Sequence record: MK514281.1
Reading direction: 5' to 3' (one strand)
DNA: 64,000 nt
Positions within the stretch are counted from its first letter, which is position 1. Each line of letters opens with the position of its first letter. The position numbers and the translations under genes are program-made. Shown in pieces: positions 1-9,256 of the stretch. The notes under the pieces were generated by a model, which was given only the letters and a program-made list of their open reading frames with translations, searched no databases and was not told the origin of the DNA.

Positions 1-147
1 TACCGGGCTTTCGTTAACAAGGATAACCCCGAGCACACCTTTACGTTGATGCAGGCGTATAACTACCTTGCCAAACAACTGGGTTATCCGGATTATCACT
101 CTATGCCCCGTCAATACCCAATCATTAACTTGCGCTACGTCGATTAA
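1..147 (+). CDS. 3' end of a hypothetical protein (partial)
   Basis: Open frame from base 1 (YRAFVNKD...INLRYVD) ends in TAA at 145-147 and is followed by the RBS of the next gene. Confidence 0.6.
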   Translation, partial: YRAFVNKDNPEHTFTLMQAYNYLAKQLGYPDYHSMPRQYPIINLRYVD

Positions 148-169
148 CCTATTGTAAGGAATAAAGAAC

Positions 170-919
170 ATGACAACGACTTTCCCGAAAGAGATGAATG
201 CTGCTTTCCATCCTGATAACGAACAAACCACCCAGCTGTGCAAAACGATCCAGCAGATCAGCGGGGTGGAGATCAAACGTGTACATGTGGTGATGGCGAT
301 CCACCATTACAAACAAAACGATGCGGCACATCAGCCTGACCACATGCTGGCGGTCTTAGCAGAAGCAGCCCACATCATCCAGTCGTTTCCTGACCTGGAG
401 AAATGGCGCACCCAGATCATGTTAGGGTGTCTGTTCCATGACACCCACTGTCACATCGATCGGGATATGCACCACCTGCTAGGCGCCGAACATGCCCAAG
501 AGGCATTACTGGAGTATGCGTGTGGTTATGGGATGTCACGTGCGGATGTCTACCTGATCAGTCAGGCCGTACTGGAGCATCGGGCTTCCTGGAAGTACCC
601 GCGTATTAACCCTGTATCCAACGCTGTGGCGTCTGCAGATCGTGGCTACCCTGATCTAAAGAAATACATCCGTCGTGCTGTACAGTACCGTTACAAGCGC
701 ATGGCAGTCATCAACATGAACACCATCATCGATGAGTCGATCGAACACATGGTAGAGAAGTTCGGTGATGGCGGTTATGCCTGGGAAAGCTACCCGACGT
801 ATGCAGCGGTGATGCACGGTGATGCGATTCAACAAGTGAAGCAACAACTGCGCAGTAAAGAAGGAAAGGCACAGCTCAAGGAGTACGCTGAACTCCACTT
901 TGATGAGTGGGTAGAATAA
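170..919 (+). CDS. HD-domain metal-dependent phosphohydrolase
   Basis: H..DH, LFHD, EH and ADRG motifs in HD-domain order; RBS AAGGA. Confidence 0.7.
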   Translation: MTTTFPKEMNAAFHPDNEQTTQLCKTIQQISGVEIKRVHVVMAIHHYKQNDAAHQPDHMLAVLAEAAHIIQSFPDLEKWRTQIMLGCLFHDTHCHIDRDMHHLLGAEHAQEALLEYACGYGMSRADVYLISQAVLEHRASWKYPRINPVSNAVASADRGYPDLKKYIRRAVQYRYKRMAVINMNTIIDESIEHMVEKFGDGGYAWESYPTYAAVMHGDAIQQVKQQLRSKEGKAQLKEYAELHFDEWVE

Positions 920-927
920 GCTACGTG

Positions 928-956
928 GCCGGAGGTAATCCTCCGGCTGTTATGCC
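928..956 (+). terminator. Intrinsic terminator with TTATGCC tail
   Basis: GCCGGAGG-TAAT-CCTCCGGC, then TTATGCC and a T-rich run. Confidence 0.85.
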
Positions 957-1079
957 TGTTCTTTCTTCTTTGTAATTCTCAACACATTCGGTCTTTGTTA
1001 TACAAAGGCTATAATCTTTGTCCCGAGCTAAGGGTAACGTGAACAGTTATGCTGGCTTACTTTTTAAAGGTATCTTTTC

Positions 1080-1610
1080 ATGGATGGTTTATTTAATCTC
1101 TCCTCATGGCAATCGATTTTACTTGTGGTAGTTGTACTCCTGCTGTGGGCGTATTACCAACGACTTCAACACCTGCGTCGTAAGTATCATCGCCGTAATG
1201 AACGCATGATGGCGCAGAGCGTGGTCATGACATCCCGGCTGTTACTGAGTACCTTCTCGGAGATTGTGGAACGCGCTAAAGAGGAGGACATCTACCAGCG
1301 TGATCCTAACTCCCCGATTGCGGCAGACCGGGCCAGTGCGATGGCCTGCTCCTCCATCTTCAGTGGGTTGTATAACCTGGTTGTGGTGCCCGTCACCACC
1401 CTTGATCCGGTGTTCAACGATTTATTGATTACCGGTACTGAGCGGGAAGATGTTGAGGAAGGGGTCTTTGTGTCGTTTTATTTGGGTGAACAGCGTAATG
1501 ATGTGGTTAGGCATTTTATACCCGACCGGTCGTTACAGGCCTTTATCACCCAAACGCGTGCCTTCAGTGCTTACCTGCGACAGGCTGCGAATACAAAACC
1601 ACCACAATGA
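1080..1610 (+). CDS. Hypothetical protein with N-terminal TM anchor
   Basis: Hydrophobic SILLVVVVLLLWAYY followed by a basic stretch; RBS AAAGGT. Confidence 0.75.
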   Translation: MDGLFNLSSWQSILLVVVVLLLWAYYQRLQHLRRKYHRRNERMMAQSVVMTSRLLLSTFSEIVERAKEEDIYQRDPNSPIAADRASAMACSSIFSGLYNLVVVPVTTLDPVFNDLLITGTEREDVEEGVFVSFYLGEQRNDVVRHFIPDRSLQAFITQTRAFSAYLRQAANTKPPQ

Positions 1611-1618
1611 GGTGACAC

Positions 1619-2149
1619 ATGACCAATTATGGTTTTCTGCTGAACACAGTACTTCTGGCTTTTCTTATTTGGTTTGGTTACCGACTGCACACGTTGGTAA
1701 ACAACAGCGAGAAAGCCACCCTCGCCGCTGATCATAACGCCAAGCTGCGCTTCCTGACCTATGCAGCCCGGCAGATAATGAGTGACTTGTATACGTCGCT
1801 CAATCTTCCGACGCTCACCGGGTGTGCGAAGATGTATCTACGTGATGACAGCAAGCTTGATAATATTGAAGTCATTATGCGACTCTTCATGAAAACCCAT
1901 AATGAGATTATTACCAAGCTCTCCGAGGGATTGGTGTCGGATCATTTGAAGATCACCGATGTTAAAGTTACCCATGATCTGGTGACCAACGAAGTGCTCA
2001 TCACACTCTTGTATCCGAATAAAGTCACTGACATCCTGGTCTTCCATCATAACCACCTGGCGCAGGCGATCTACCAGCTGGATCGATTGCAGCATCGGCT
2101 CTCAACGTTCCACAAAGCGGTGCCGAACCGCGACCTGTACCAACTCTAA
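1619..2149 (+). CDS. Hypothetical protein with N-terminal TM anchor
   Basis: FLLNTVLLAFLIWFGY helix; RBS GAGGT; same length as the upstream ORF (176 aa). Confidence 0.75.
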   Translation: MTNYGFLLNTVLLAFLIWFGYRLHTLVNNSEKATLAADHNAKLRFLTYAARQIMSDLYTSLNLPTLTGCAKMYLRDDSKLDNIEVIMRLFMKTHNEIITKLSEGLVSDHLKITDVKVTHDLVTNEVLITLLYPNKVTDILVFHHNHLAQAIYQLDRLQHRLSTFHKAVPNRDLYQL

Positions 2150-2154
2150 ACCAA

Positions 2155-2181
2155 GGGAGGGCTTCGGCTCTCCCTTATGCC
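2155..2181 (+). terminator. Intrinsic terminator (TTCG loop) with TTATGCC tail
   Basis: GGGAGGGC-TTCG-GCTCTCCC-TTATGCC. Confidence 0.85.
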
Positions 2182-2269
2182 ACCCGTTCTTCTTTTTTGG
2201 TTATTACTATGAATTGCAAGATTCACCACGTAGTTCGTTTCACTTATTAACCCCTAAAGAGGAATAGTC

Positions 2270-4192
2270 ATGACAGATAGCACTACAGCGCAGAGCCCGA
2301 CCGTGACGTTAGACCAAGTCATTGCGTCAGGCGGCCAGATTGTCTTCCTGGACAATGGGCAACTGAAAAGCTTTCCTGTCTCTCAGATCACTGACTTACT
2401 GAAAAGCGGCATGTCTACTGACGTGTTGGGTCAGGCTGATTCTCTGAGTATGTTTGGTCAGGTGGAGTCGTTCGAGGCTCTACGTAAGCTTAAGCCACAG
2501 AAAGAAGGTGCACGCATCTCTCTTCGTGGCTGGAACAAAGGCAGTTGTCTGGGTGGCGGTGAGTTCATTGGTCATCTCGTCACCAAAGAGCTTAAAGCCC
2601 GCCCAGATGATGGCGGTATGATTGCAGCCGGCAGCGGGTTCTTCTGGGAACGTGTGTGCTCAGATTGCGGGCAAATGAATGTCACTCACTTCGGTGCGCT
2701 TCCTGGCGCAACTGCAGCGACTGATTGCGTGCCAGCAATGACCGCCATGCTGAACTGGAGTAATGCCAACGCTGTTGGTTTAGGAATTCAATTCCCAGCC
2801 GGTACTTTCTTCGCTTCCAGTTTAAAGTTCACCAAAGAGATCGGGTATTTCCGTATCGCCGGTAACCACATCAACTTTGGTTATTTTGCTAACACGGTAT
2901 TGGTGAGTGACGCTACTGAAAACTTTATGTTGGATGTTGCGGCCCGTCGGGTTGAGTTGGCAAACATCATCTTCCGCGGTGTGAGTACTACTGAGAAGCC
3001 GAATAAGAAAGGGATCTTTAATAACATCGTCATTGGTGGTCAGTACTTCAACATGACCTGTGTGCGGTTTGAGAAAATCGGCGGGACCTGTGTTAATCTG
3101 ATCGATACTCTCGATACCAAGATGACACAATGGTACGCGTCACAATGTACTGGTGATGTGATCGTTAACAAATGGTCCGATCGTCAGGCAGGTGGCTGGA
3201 ACCATACCACTGCTGTTGAAATGACCAACTTTAACATCCAGAAGTGTGTTGGTGGTAAAGTGTTTGACATGCAGCGCTGCGCTCAGTCGTTTATCACTAA
3301 TGGCTGGATCGAGCACTGTGATGACCCAGGTGACCTGTCTAATGGTCAATGGACGGTAAATGGCCTGAGTATCGAAGATTGTAAGAAACCATTGAAGGCC
3401 TCTTACGCTCGCTTTATTGAAATTCAGCGTAACCTGCAGTCCGGGTCACGGATCGACTACTCCATTGACCCAGAGCTCGAAGAGTGGCTGAGTGAATGGG
3501 AACGCGGTCGTCTGGATATCGCCAACCACGGTATCTTCATCGACGGTACCTTAGAGCCGGGTACGATCATGTCTCGCAACAAGCTGAGCAACAGCAGCGA
3601 CAAAGCGAAATGGTTCCGGGTCGGCACCTGGTACAGCCCATCTGAAGGCGACTCCATTGACATCAACTTGGTCGGTACTGGTAACTTCCTGTCGGTCGCA
3701 CCAAAGCTTGATGATATCGATGGCGTGCGTCAAGGTGGCGGTAACACTCTGATCCGTGTGCAGTTGAAGAAAGACTCCGTAGGTGCGACCTTAGAACCAC
3801 ATGGTTCAAGCCCCCTGCAAGCGGCGAAGATTGCCAAAGTCGGTGCCGGTAAGTTTGTGATCTACGCCCAGCTGAAACCGTATACCCGTAATGTGATCCC
3901 GGTGATTGTTGCAACCGGTGCCACGCACTACGAAGCCGGTGTCTCTTATTACTTCCGTCCGGCGATTGCCTCGATGAGTGATGAAGAGATCGCAGCAGTG
4001 CCGGATGCGGTAGTGATTGCTGAACAGTGGTCGCTCGGTCAAATGGCCGGTGTGGGCGCCACTAACGAAGGTAACCTGATGCTGAAGAGTAAGATCGTTA
4101 ACGATCACTTGCAGGTACAGGTCATGGTTAGCCAAGCACAATGGGCGAAACCAGAACTTCGTTATATCGAGCTGAAGAAAGAAGCCAAGTAA
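2270..4192 (+). CDS. amsF: AmsF-like (amylovoran biosynthesis family) beta-helical protein; possible virion EPS-binding or depolymerising protein
   Basis: Motifs GGTCVNLIDTLDTKMTQWYAS, WNHTTAVEMTNFNIQ, GWIEH and DDGG..HFGA match my recollection of Erwinia AmsF; no Tat signal; TATG upstream at about 2209. Confidence 0.8.
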   Translation: MTDSTTAQSPTVTLDQVIASGGQIVFLDNGQLKSFPVSQITDLLKSGMSTDVLGQADSLSMFGQVESFEALRKLKPQKEGARISLRGWNKGSCLGGGEFIGHLVTKELKARPDDGGMIAAGSGFFWERVCSDCGQMNVTHFGALPGATAATDCVPAMTAMLNWSNANAVGLGIQFPAGTFFASSLKFTKEIGYFRIAGNHINFGYFANTVLVSDATENFMLDVAARRVELANIIFRGVSTTEKPNKKGIFNNIVIGGQYFNMTCVRFEKIGGTCVNLIDTLDTKMTQWYASQCTGDVIVNKWSDRQAGGWNHTTAVEMTNFNIQKCVGGKVFDMQRCAQSFITNGWIEHCDDPGDLSNGQWTVNGLSIEDCKKPLKASYARFIEIQRNLQSGSRIDYSIDPELEEWLSEWERGRLDIANHGIFIDGTLEPGTIMSRNKLSNSSDKAKWFRVGTWYSPSEGDSIDINLVGTGNFLSVAPKLDDIDGVRQGGGNTLIRVQLKKDSVGATLEPHGSSPLQAAKIAKVGAGKFVIYAQLKPYTRNVIPVIVATGATHYEAGVSYYFRPAIASMSDEEIAAVPDAVVIAEQWSLGQMAGVGATNEGNLMLKSKIVNDHLQVQVMVSQAQWAKPELRYIELKKEAK

Positions 4193-4217
4193 GGCAAGCG
4201 CGTTATACCGCTAACTG

Positions 4218-4246
4218 GAGGAGGGGATTCCCCTCCTCTTTATGCC
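4218..4246 (+). terminator. Intrinsic terminator with TTATGCC tail
   Basis: GAGGAGGGG-ATT-CCCCTCCTC-TTTATGCC. Confidence 0.85.
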
Positions 4247-4264
4247 GCCCTAGATTTTACCAGA

Positions 4265-4283
4265 CCTATATTACCCTTGTGAT
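4265..4283 (+). promoter_or_regulatory. Putative early (virion RNAP) promoter
   Basis: CCTATATTAC-CCTT-GTGAT; contains the phiKZ early consensus TATATTAC. Confidence 0.7.
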
Positions 4284-4366
4284 CTCTGTAGAAATAAACG
4301 GAATCACCCAGTCTTATAACCCGCTGACCAAACCGAGTGTCGGCTAAACAAAGAAGAGGAAATACC

Positions 4367-5068
4367 ATGACTACCCGTAAGATTGCCCGCTTAGACAAAC
4401 TCGCTAAATTTGTAAACGACAATTTTGATCGTGATTACAACCTGCCCTTTGCGATCGAGATCGAACAGCATGAAGATAAATGGCACGGTACTCGATACAG
4501 TCTCAGCCTGACTCAGCCAGAGTGTGACGGCAGTCCAGTAAAAACGTTATTCCGTTCGAAGGTGTTAACGGCTGAATTCGTTGGTGATCGGTTTACACGG
4601 CTAGAAGGTAGTGTGGCCGGGATGGCGCCTGGGATTGAACTCCTGGGACAAGTTGCCTGGTACTGGATGTTATCAGAGGCAAACGACACTGATCGCGAAT
4701 TGGGTGTGCAGGTAGCGTTGATGGCCTGGGATGCCTGGACACTGGCAACCGCCATATTTGATGGCTCTAAGGCCCGTGATCTCTTCGAGCGTGACGATTT
4801 CCTTTGCCCTGGCGTAACACTGAATCAGCACGTCCTGTGCGAAAAGTTTGTCAGAATGGATCGTGAAGTATGGCTAAAGCGTCGCACTAAACTGCTCGAT
4901 GATGTTGTGGTTATTGAAAGTCGCTGGACCTTCGTAAAACAATATATCGGGGCAGGTGGCCTGGGTCATGAAGAGAAACACACTGTCGCCGAGGTTACCA
5001 AACGCAGGCAAGCACCGGCGCCTTTTGAAATTATCTTTAAGGCCAAATCGTCTCCTTTTAATCCATGA
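4367..5068 (+). CDS. Hypothetical early protein
   Basis: ORF with GAGGA RBS before ATG at 4367; followed by a hairpin terminator at about 5076-5097. Confidence 0.75.
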   Translation: MTTRKIARLDKLAKFVNDNFDRDYNLPFAIEIEQHEDKWHGTRYSLSLTQPECDGSPVKTLFRSKVLTAEFVGDRFTRLEGSVAGMAPGIELLGQVAWYWMLSEANDTDRELGVQVALMAWDAWTLATAIFDGSKARDLFERDDFLCPGVTLNQHVLCEKFVRMDREVWLKRRTKLLDDVVVIESRWTFVKQYIGAGGLGHEEKHTVAEVTKRRQAPAPFEIIFKAKSSPFNP

Positions 5069-5130
5069 GAATGAGGAGGGGGTTTCGACCTCCTCCATTA
5101 TTGCTATTTTAAGTTGCAGAAAATCTAACG

Positions 5131-5149
5131 CCTACATTACTAATGGGAT
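5131..5149 (+). promoter_or_regulatory. Putative early promoter
   Basis: CCTACATTAC-TAAT-GGGAT with upstream TGCAGAAAAT. Confidence 0.7.
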
Positions 5150-5185
5150 AGGCCTGATCAACAATTCTAATTAAGGGAATTTGTA

Positions 5186-5656
5186 ATGAGTGAAATCACG
5201 TTTAAAGACGCGCGGTATTACGACCTGATTACCAAAGAACAATTGCAGCCTGGACACACCATTCTGTTGAGCCTCAAAGGGCAACCAGCGGGCGTCATGA
5301 CCCCAGCAGTACAGTGGACTAAAGACAACCTGGAAAACGCGGTCGTGGTGTACGGTACGGTTGACGATCTGCAATCAATCCGTAAAGAGATCAGTACTTG
5401 CGATCAACCGGTAGCTGTGGTCCTTACCGGCGGCTACCACGCAACGTATGAACTTACTCACTGGGCGCGGGAAAACCACGTAGTCGTGTTCCTGGCTTCA
5501 GATGCCGATGCACCGCGTCCACGTTATGCAGTGCTGCTCGGTACCTGTCTGATCCAGCTGACTTATGACCAGACTGGTCGGGTGAGCTCTGCTACCGCCA
5601 TTCGTAATCAAGCAACCGCATCAGGCTGGGTGATCGACTTCACCGCTGACGCATAA
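5186..5656 (+). CDS. Hypothetical protein
   Basis: ORF with RBS AAGGGA. Confidence 0.7.
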   Translation: MSEITFKDARYYDLITKEQLQPGHTILLSLKGQPAGVMTPAVQWTKDNLENAVVVYGTVDDLQSIRKEISTCDQPVAVVLTGGYHATYELTHWARENHVVVFLASDADAPRPRYAVLLGTCLIQLTYDQTGRVSSATAIRNQATASGWVIDFTADA

Positions 5657-5695
5657 TCCTTTATTCATCCAATTAATTTAACCTGAGGTAATATC

Positions 5696-6301
5696 ATGCA
5701 ACTTCATCAATACGTCGCCCTCTTACTCGGTGTGGGTTTAATCACGATCATTCTCGTTATGCTGGTCGGCTGGCTCGTGCTTGAGAACCAACGCAAATAC
5801 GCTGCATTCCAACGGGTGCGTTACGAAAACATGCTGCGCTATCGCCTGACCGATTTCAGCAACCAGGTGACGGCAGATCTCTCCGCCATGTTCTTGCGCT
5901 ATTTACTCTCTCCGCGGGTTGGTGGTGCTGAGCGGGTGAGTGTGGAGGCAATTGCCGGCACCATCCAAGGCATGCTGCAAGCGATCGCCGCTCACCACAA
6001 CCATGAGTTTAAAAGCTCAGAGGTTGGTGATACGTTACTGGGTCTGTTGATTAAAGAGGTCTCTTATGAAACACAGAGCGACCGGATCATCTTTACCTTG
6101 ACACGTCCAGGTGCCACGAACCTCACTTATACCTTGACACACCCCGAAGCGTACGGCGCGATGCTCTGCTGTGAGCTGGAAGACTATCGCATGCGTCTGC
6201 GTGACCGCGCAACCCTGCAGATCAAGCGTGAGCTCGATCAGGCACCGCAAACGTATAAAGCCGTCTTCCCTAACTCGGAGCGGATTAATACCACCGCGTA
6301 A
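5696..6301 (+). CDS. Hypothetical protein with N-terminal TM anchor
   Basis: VALLLGVGLITIILVMLVGWLVL helix; RBS GAGGT; terminator at 6306-6322. Confidence 0.75.
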   Translation: MQLHQYVALLLGVGLITIILVMLVGWLVLENQRKYAAFQRVRYENMLRYRLTDFSNQVTADLSAMFLRYLLSPRVGGAERVSVEAIAGTIQGMLQAIAAHHNHEFKSSEVGDTLLGLLIKEVSYETQSDRIIFTLTRPGATNLTYTLTHPEAYGAMLCCELEDYRMRLRDRATLQIKRELDQAPQTYKAVFPNSERINTTA

Positions 6302-6400
6302 TAAATGGGAGGCCTTGCCTCCCTTTATTTTTTGTCATTGTAGTAAATGTGTACAACTTAACTAAATCATTTAGTAAACGTAAAAAGGAAAGTCAGCATC

Positions 6401-6697
6401 ATGTCAAACGAAGCCATTCTGAAAGCCCTGGAAACCATTGCCACTACATACCCAAAAGTTGAGGTGGTGTCGATTGGTGGGATTATCGCCTGCTTCGGCA
6501 CGATGAAAGATGGAAAGGTAGAAACCACGGTGTTTGGCAATCTGCCCGAGTTCACTGTCGCCAATGTGAAGAAGCTTTACAACGCGAAGTGGTCACAACG
6601 TCAATTGGGTTATATGTACGGTACATCACAGGCCCAGATCGCTAACTTCATGAAGAACCGTGAGGTTAACGTTCCCAATACGGTAAAAGGTTATTAG
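6401..6697 (+). CDS. Small protein with C-terminal helix-turn-helix
   Basis: VKKLYNAKWSQRQLGYMYGTSQAQIANFM fits an HTH pattern; RBS AAGGA. Confidence 0.6.
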   Translation: MSNEAILKALETIATTYPKVEVVSIGGIIACFGTMKDGKVETTVFGNLPEFTVANVKKLYNAKWSQRQLGYMYGTSQAQIANFMKNREVNVPNTVKGY

Positions 6698-6698
6698 C

Positions 6699-6989
6699 AT
6701 GAAATGGTACGAACGACTGGTCGAGAGCACGGTGCTGCGGTTTATGGCAACCTTCCTCTTAGCCTGCTTGTGGTCCCTGCTCCTTTTAAGCCAATGCTCG
6801 TTAGCGCTCGATCTCACCTTAAGCGTGATCTCTCTGGTGATCGTGTATAACCTGCGGGATTTCTTAAAGGACTTGCACCACGGTGTTTCAACCCGTCATG
6901 ACTTTGCAGGGTGGTTTGTGCTGAACGCTGCTGGTATGGCACTGCTTTCGGCAATCATTAACGCCCTGTTCATCTTACATAGACTCTAG
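6699..6989 (+). CDS. Small multi-TM membrane protein
   Basis: About three hydrophobic segments in 96 aa. Confidence 0.65.
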   Translation: MKWYERLVESTVLRFMATFLLACLWSLLLLSQCSLALDLTLSVISLVIVYNLRDFLKDLHHGVSTRHDFAGWFVLNAAGMALLSAIINALFILHRL

Positions 6990-6997
6990 GAGCTCTC

Positions 6998-7579
6998 ATG
7001 TCAAAGAAACTCGATACCCGTAAAAGTATGTTTCTGGCCTTGGTGTTACGTCACCGTCCTGAAGAGATCGGAATTACCCTGGATGAGAACGGCTGGGTCA
7101 AAGTCAGCGAAGTGATCACTGGGTTCACCTTTACCGGGCGTGGGCTCTCATTACCTGAGCTTGAGATCATCGTTGAGACGGATGAGAAGAAGCGTTACCA
7201 GCTCTCTGACGACAAGTGCTATATCCGGGCCGTGCAGGGGCATTCTCACGAGAGCGTGATGAACATGCAGCTGGAAGTGGCGACACCGCCAAAGTACTTG
7301 TATCACGGCACCCAACAGATCTCCTGTGAATCGATCGAGCGACAAGGGATCTTGCGCCTTAAACGTTTATATGTCCACCTAACGGATGACATCGAAGCGG
7401 CTTGGCGCGCAGCAACTCGTAAACGAACAGCCGGTGCAGTCTACCGAATCGACACCGAGAAGATGACGCGGATGGGCCATGTGTTCTATCGCGCTGAGAA
7501 CGGGGTCTGGCTGGCGAAGCGCATTCCTTTCTCAGTCATTGAGATGGTTGATGCACATGACGAAGAAACAAGTACCTGA
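6998..7579 (+). CDS. kptA: RNA 2'-phosphotransferase (KptA/Tpt1)
   Basis: LRHRPE, LDENGW, KKRY, IRAVQGHS, LYHGT, RLYVHLT and AENGVWL motifs; RBS AGGAG. Confidence 0.92.
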   Translation: MSKKLDTRKSMFLALVLRHRPEEIGITLDENGWVKVSEVITGFTFTGRGLSLPELEIIVETDEKKRYQLSDDKCYIRAVQGHSHESVMNMQLEVATPPKYLYHGTQQISCESIERQGILRLKRLYVHLTDDIEAAWRAATRKRTAGAVYRIDTEKMTRMGHVFYRAENGVWLAKRIPFSVIEMVDAHDEETST

Positions 7580-7841
7580 GTGGTGGCACGTCCCCATGTT
7601 ACCCATTGGGTTCATGATGATTTGGGTAGGATATGTAATAGGTGGGCAGTTCCTCAGTTTCTGGGGGTGTATCTGTGTCACGTTGATTTGTGGTGGGGTT
7701 TCGTACCAGCACTGCATGCGCTCAACCAAGTATCGCAAAAATTCCGTAAGCTGGTTTATCTGTTGGAATGCTTACGGTATCATCGCGTGTTTGGGTATTG
7801 GGTTTATGGTAGCGGCAATTTATCTAGGCGGAGTCAAATAA
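7551..7841 (+). CDS. Small membrane protein
   Basis: Several hydrophobic segments; start refined to ATG at 7551 or 7557. Confidence 0.6.
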   Translation: MHMTKKQVPEWWHVPMLPIGFMMIWVGYVIGGQFLSFWGCICVTLICGGVSYQHCMRSTKYRKNSVSWFICWNAYGIIACLGIGFMVAAIYLGGVK

Positions 7842-8114
7842 GTGAAAAGTAAAACAGGCAGTAAGTTAACACGCACGTTGTTGTTTTGTTTTGGTGCTTA
7901 CATCACGGGGATGTTTGCCTTGATGATGATCCTGTCATCACAAAGCACTGCAGGCATCACTGCAGGGAACTATGACAAAATGAGCGTGGATGACTCGCCT
8001 GAGTTTATTTTAACAGATCGCAGTAATGGATGTAGATACGTCTATGACTCGGTTACCAAAACAGCCCACACTGCAACAGGCTTCGATTACTGCCTGTCGC
8101 TAAGGAAAGAATAA
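7842..8114 (+). CDS. Small exported or membrane-anchored protein
   Basis: Basic N-terminus, hydrophobic helix, LTDRSNGCRYV motif. Confidence 0.6.
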   Translation: MKSKTGSKLTRTLLFCFGAYITGMFALMMILSSQSTAGITAGNYDKMSVDDSPEFILTDRSNGCRYVYDSVTKTAHTATGFDYCLSLRKE

Positions 8115-8186
8115 TGGTTCGTGCTTATCGACACTCTGAGCTGCTACGATGGCCGCATCCCGCGGCCTGCACTCGGAGTTCGTTCT

Positions 8187-8414
8187 ATGTCTATTGCAGT
8201 CAACCGTCACCACGCTAAACGTTTAAAGGCCAAACGTAAACATTACTGGAACGTTGGCGGGAAACGCCAGAACAACAAGGCCGTGGGAATTATCTTCCAT
8301 ACCCCGTGCAAATGCAGCTGCACTATGTGCGGTAACCAACGCAAGCATTGGGGTCGCCCGATCCAGGAAGTGAAACAAGCGGCCCGTTTTAGTGATACGG
8401 TCACTGACATTTAA
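8187..8414 (+). CDS. Small basic Cys-rich hypothetical protein
   Basis: HTPCKCSCTMCGNQRK motif; GGAG RBS before ATG at 8187. Confidence 0.65.
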   Translation: MSIAVNRHHAKRLKAKRKHYWNVGGKRQNNKAVGIIFHTPCKCSCTMCGNQRKHWGRPIQEVKQAARFSDTVTDI

Positions 8415-8462
8415 CCATGCAAGGGGGGTTGTTGGCTCCCCTTCTTTATTTGAGGAATCCGC

Positions 8463-8828
8463 ATGAAACGCGGCTACCCATCAGGCCAACCGATTGAAGT
8501 CGAAGTCGGTGGAGCCATGTACCAATTTAACCCCCTTGAAAACATGCTGGCTGATCTGCGTGCCAATAAGTTGATCATCGTGTGTTGCAGTAATAAGAAG
8601 CGCGCCATTACCGATATCTGGATGTGTGATAGCGAGATCGACTACTCGACGCAGGCACGCATGGAGCACATCCTGGTCAGTGATCGTTGCAAACAGTTCA
8701 CCAAAGACTACGCCTTAACGCGAGTGGTGGATGTTGATAGCCGGTCATTGACGATTGCCGGTCCAGATAAAAAGATGCTGTCGATGGTGATCATGGGGGA
8801 TACCCTCTACGCCGTTAAGCCAAGTTAA
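8463..8828 (+). CDS. Hypothetical protein
   Basis: RBS GAGGA. Confidence 0.65.
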   Translation: MKRGYPSGQPIEVEVGGAMYQFNPLENMLADLRANKLIIVCCSNKKRAITDIWMCDSEIDYSTQARMEHILVSDRCKQFTKDYALTRVVDVDSRSLTIAGPDKKMLSMVIMGDTLYAVKPS

Positions 8829-8851
8829 CAGAACAGCGGTTGGGTGCCTCT

Positions 8852-8953
8852 ATGAACAATGTTTGGCTTTTAGTAATGGCCCTTATTTATACAGCAGGGC
8901 TTATTGCCGCATGTGTGGTTGCACGCATGGCAGTCTTTCATCATGTGATCTAA
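8852..8953 (+). CDS. 33-aa hydrophobic peptide, not in the ORF track
   Basis: MNNVWLLVMALIYTAGLIAACVVARMAVFHHVI fills the gap between genes exactly. Confidence 0.5.
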   Translation: MNNVWLLVMALIYTAGLIAACVVARMAVFHHVI

Positions 8954-8962
8954 AGGGCAATT

Positions 8963-9241
8963 ATGAGTAAAGGTACTTTGAAAGGCCTTGGTGTGGTCCT
9001 GGCGTGTCTTGTGATCGGTGTGTTGCTGTTTGTTTTTGCAACCGCTGTTCAAGCTGCCGATACACCCGTTAATCCCCACTGCGTTGCCATCACTAACGAC
9101 AGTACAATTACCACCCAGTGTGATGACGGTACCGTGGTCATTACCAACACCGCAACCTCGACGGTGATGGTGTGTCATGTAAGTAAAGAAACAAAAGGTC
9201 TTCCGCAATGCGTGAAAGACCGGGTTGTCATTTCTAATTAA
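8963..9241 (+). CDS. Small secreted Cys-containing protein
   Basis: Signal-peptide-like N-terminus (AVQA/ADT) and four Cys in the mature part. Confidence 0.65.
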   Translation: MSKGTLKGLGVVLACLVIGVLLFVFATAVQAADTPVNPHCVAITNDSTITTQCDDGTVVITNTATSTVMVCHVSKETKGLPQCVKDRVVISN

Positions 9242-9256
9242 ATAAAGGAGCCAGAC

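Noticed and set aside
969-1020. Sigma70-like TATAAT near 1012 and the palindrome CTTTGT-TAT-ACAAAG
   Set aside because: No convincing -35 element at the proper spacing, and AT-rich intergenic DNA produces such matches by chance.
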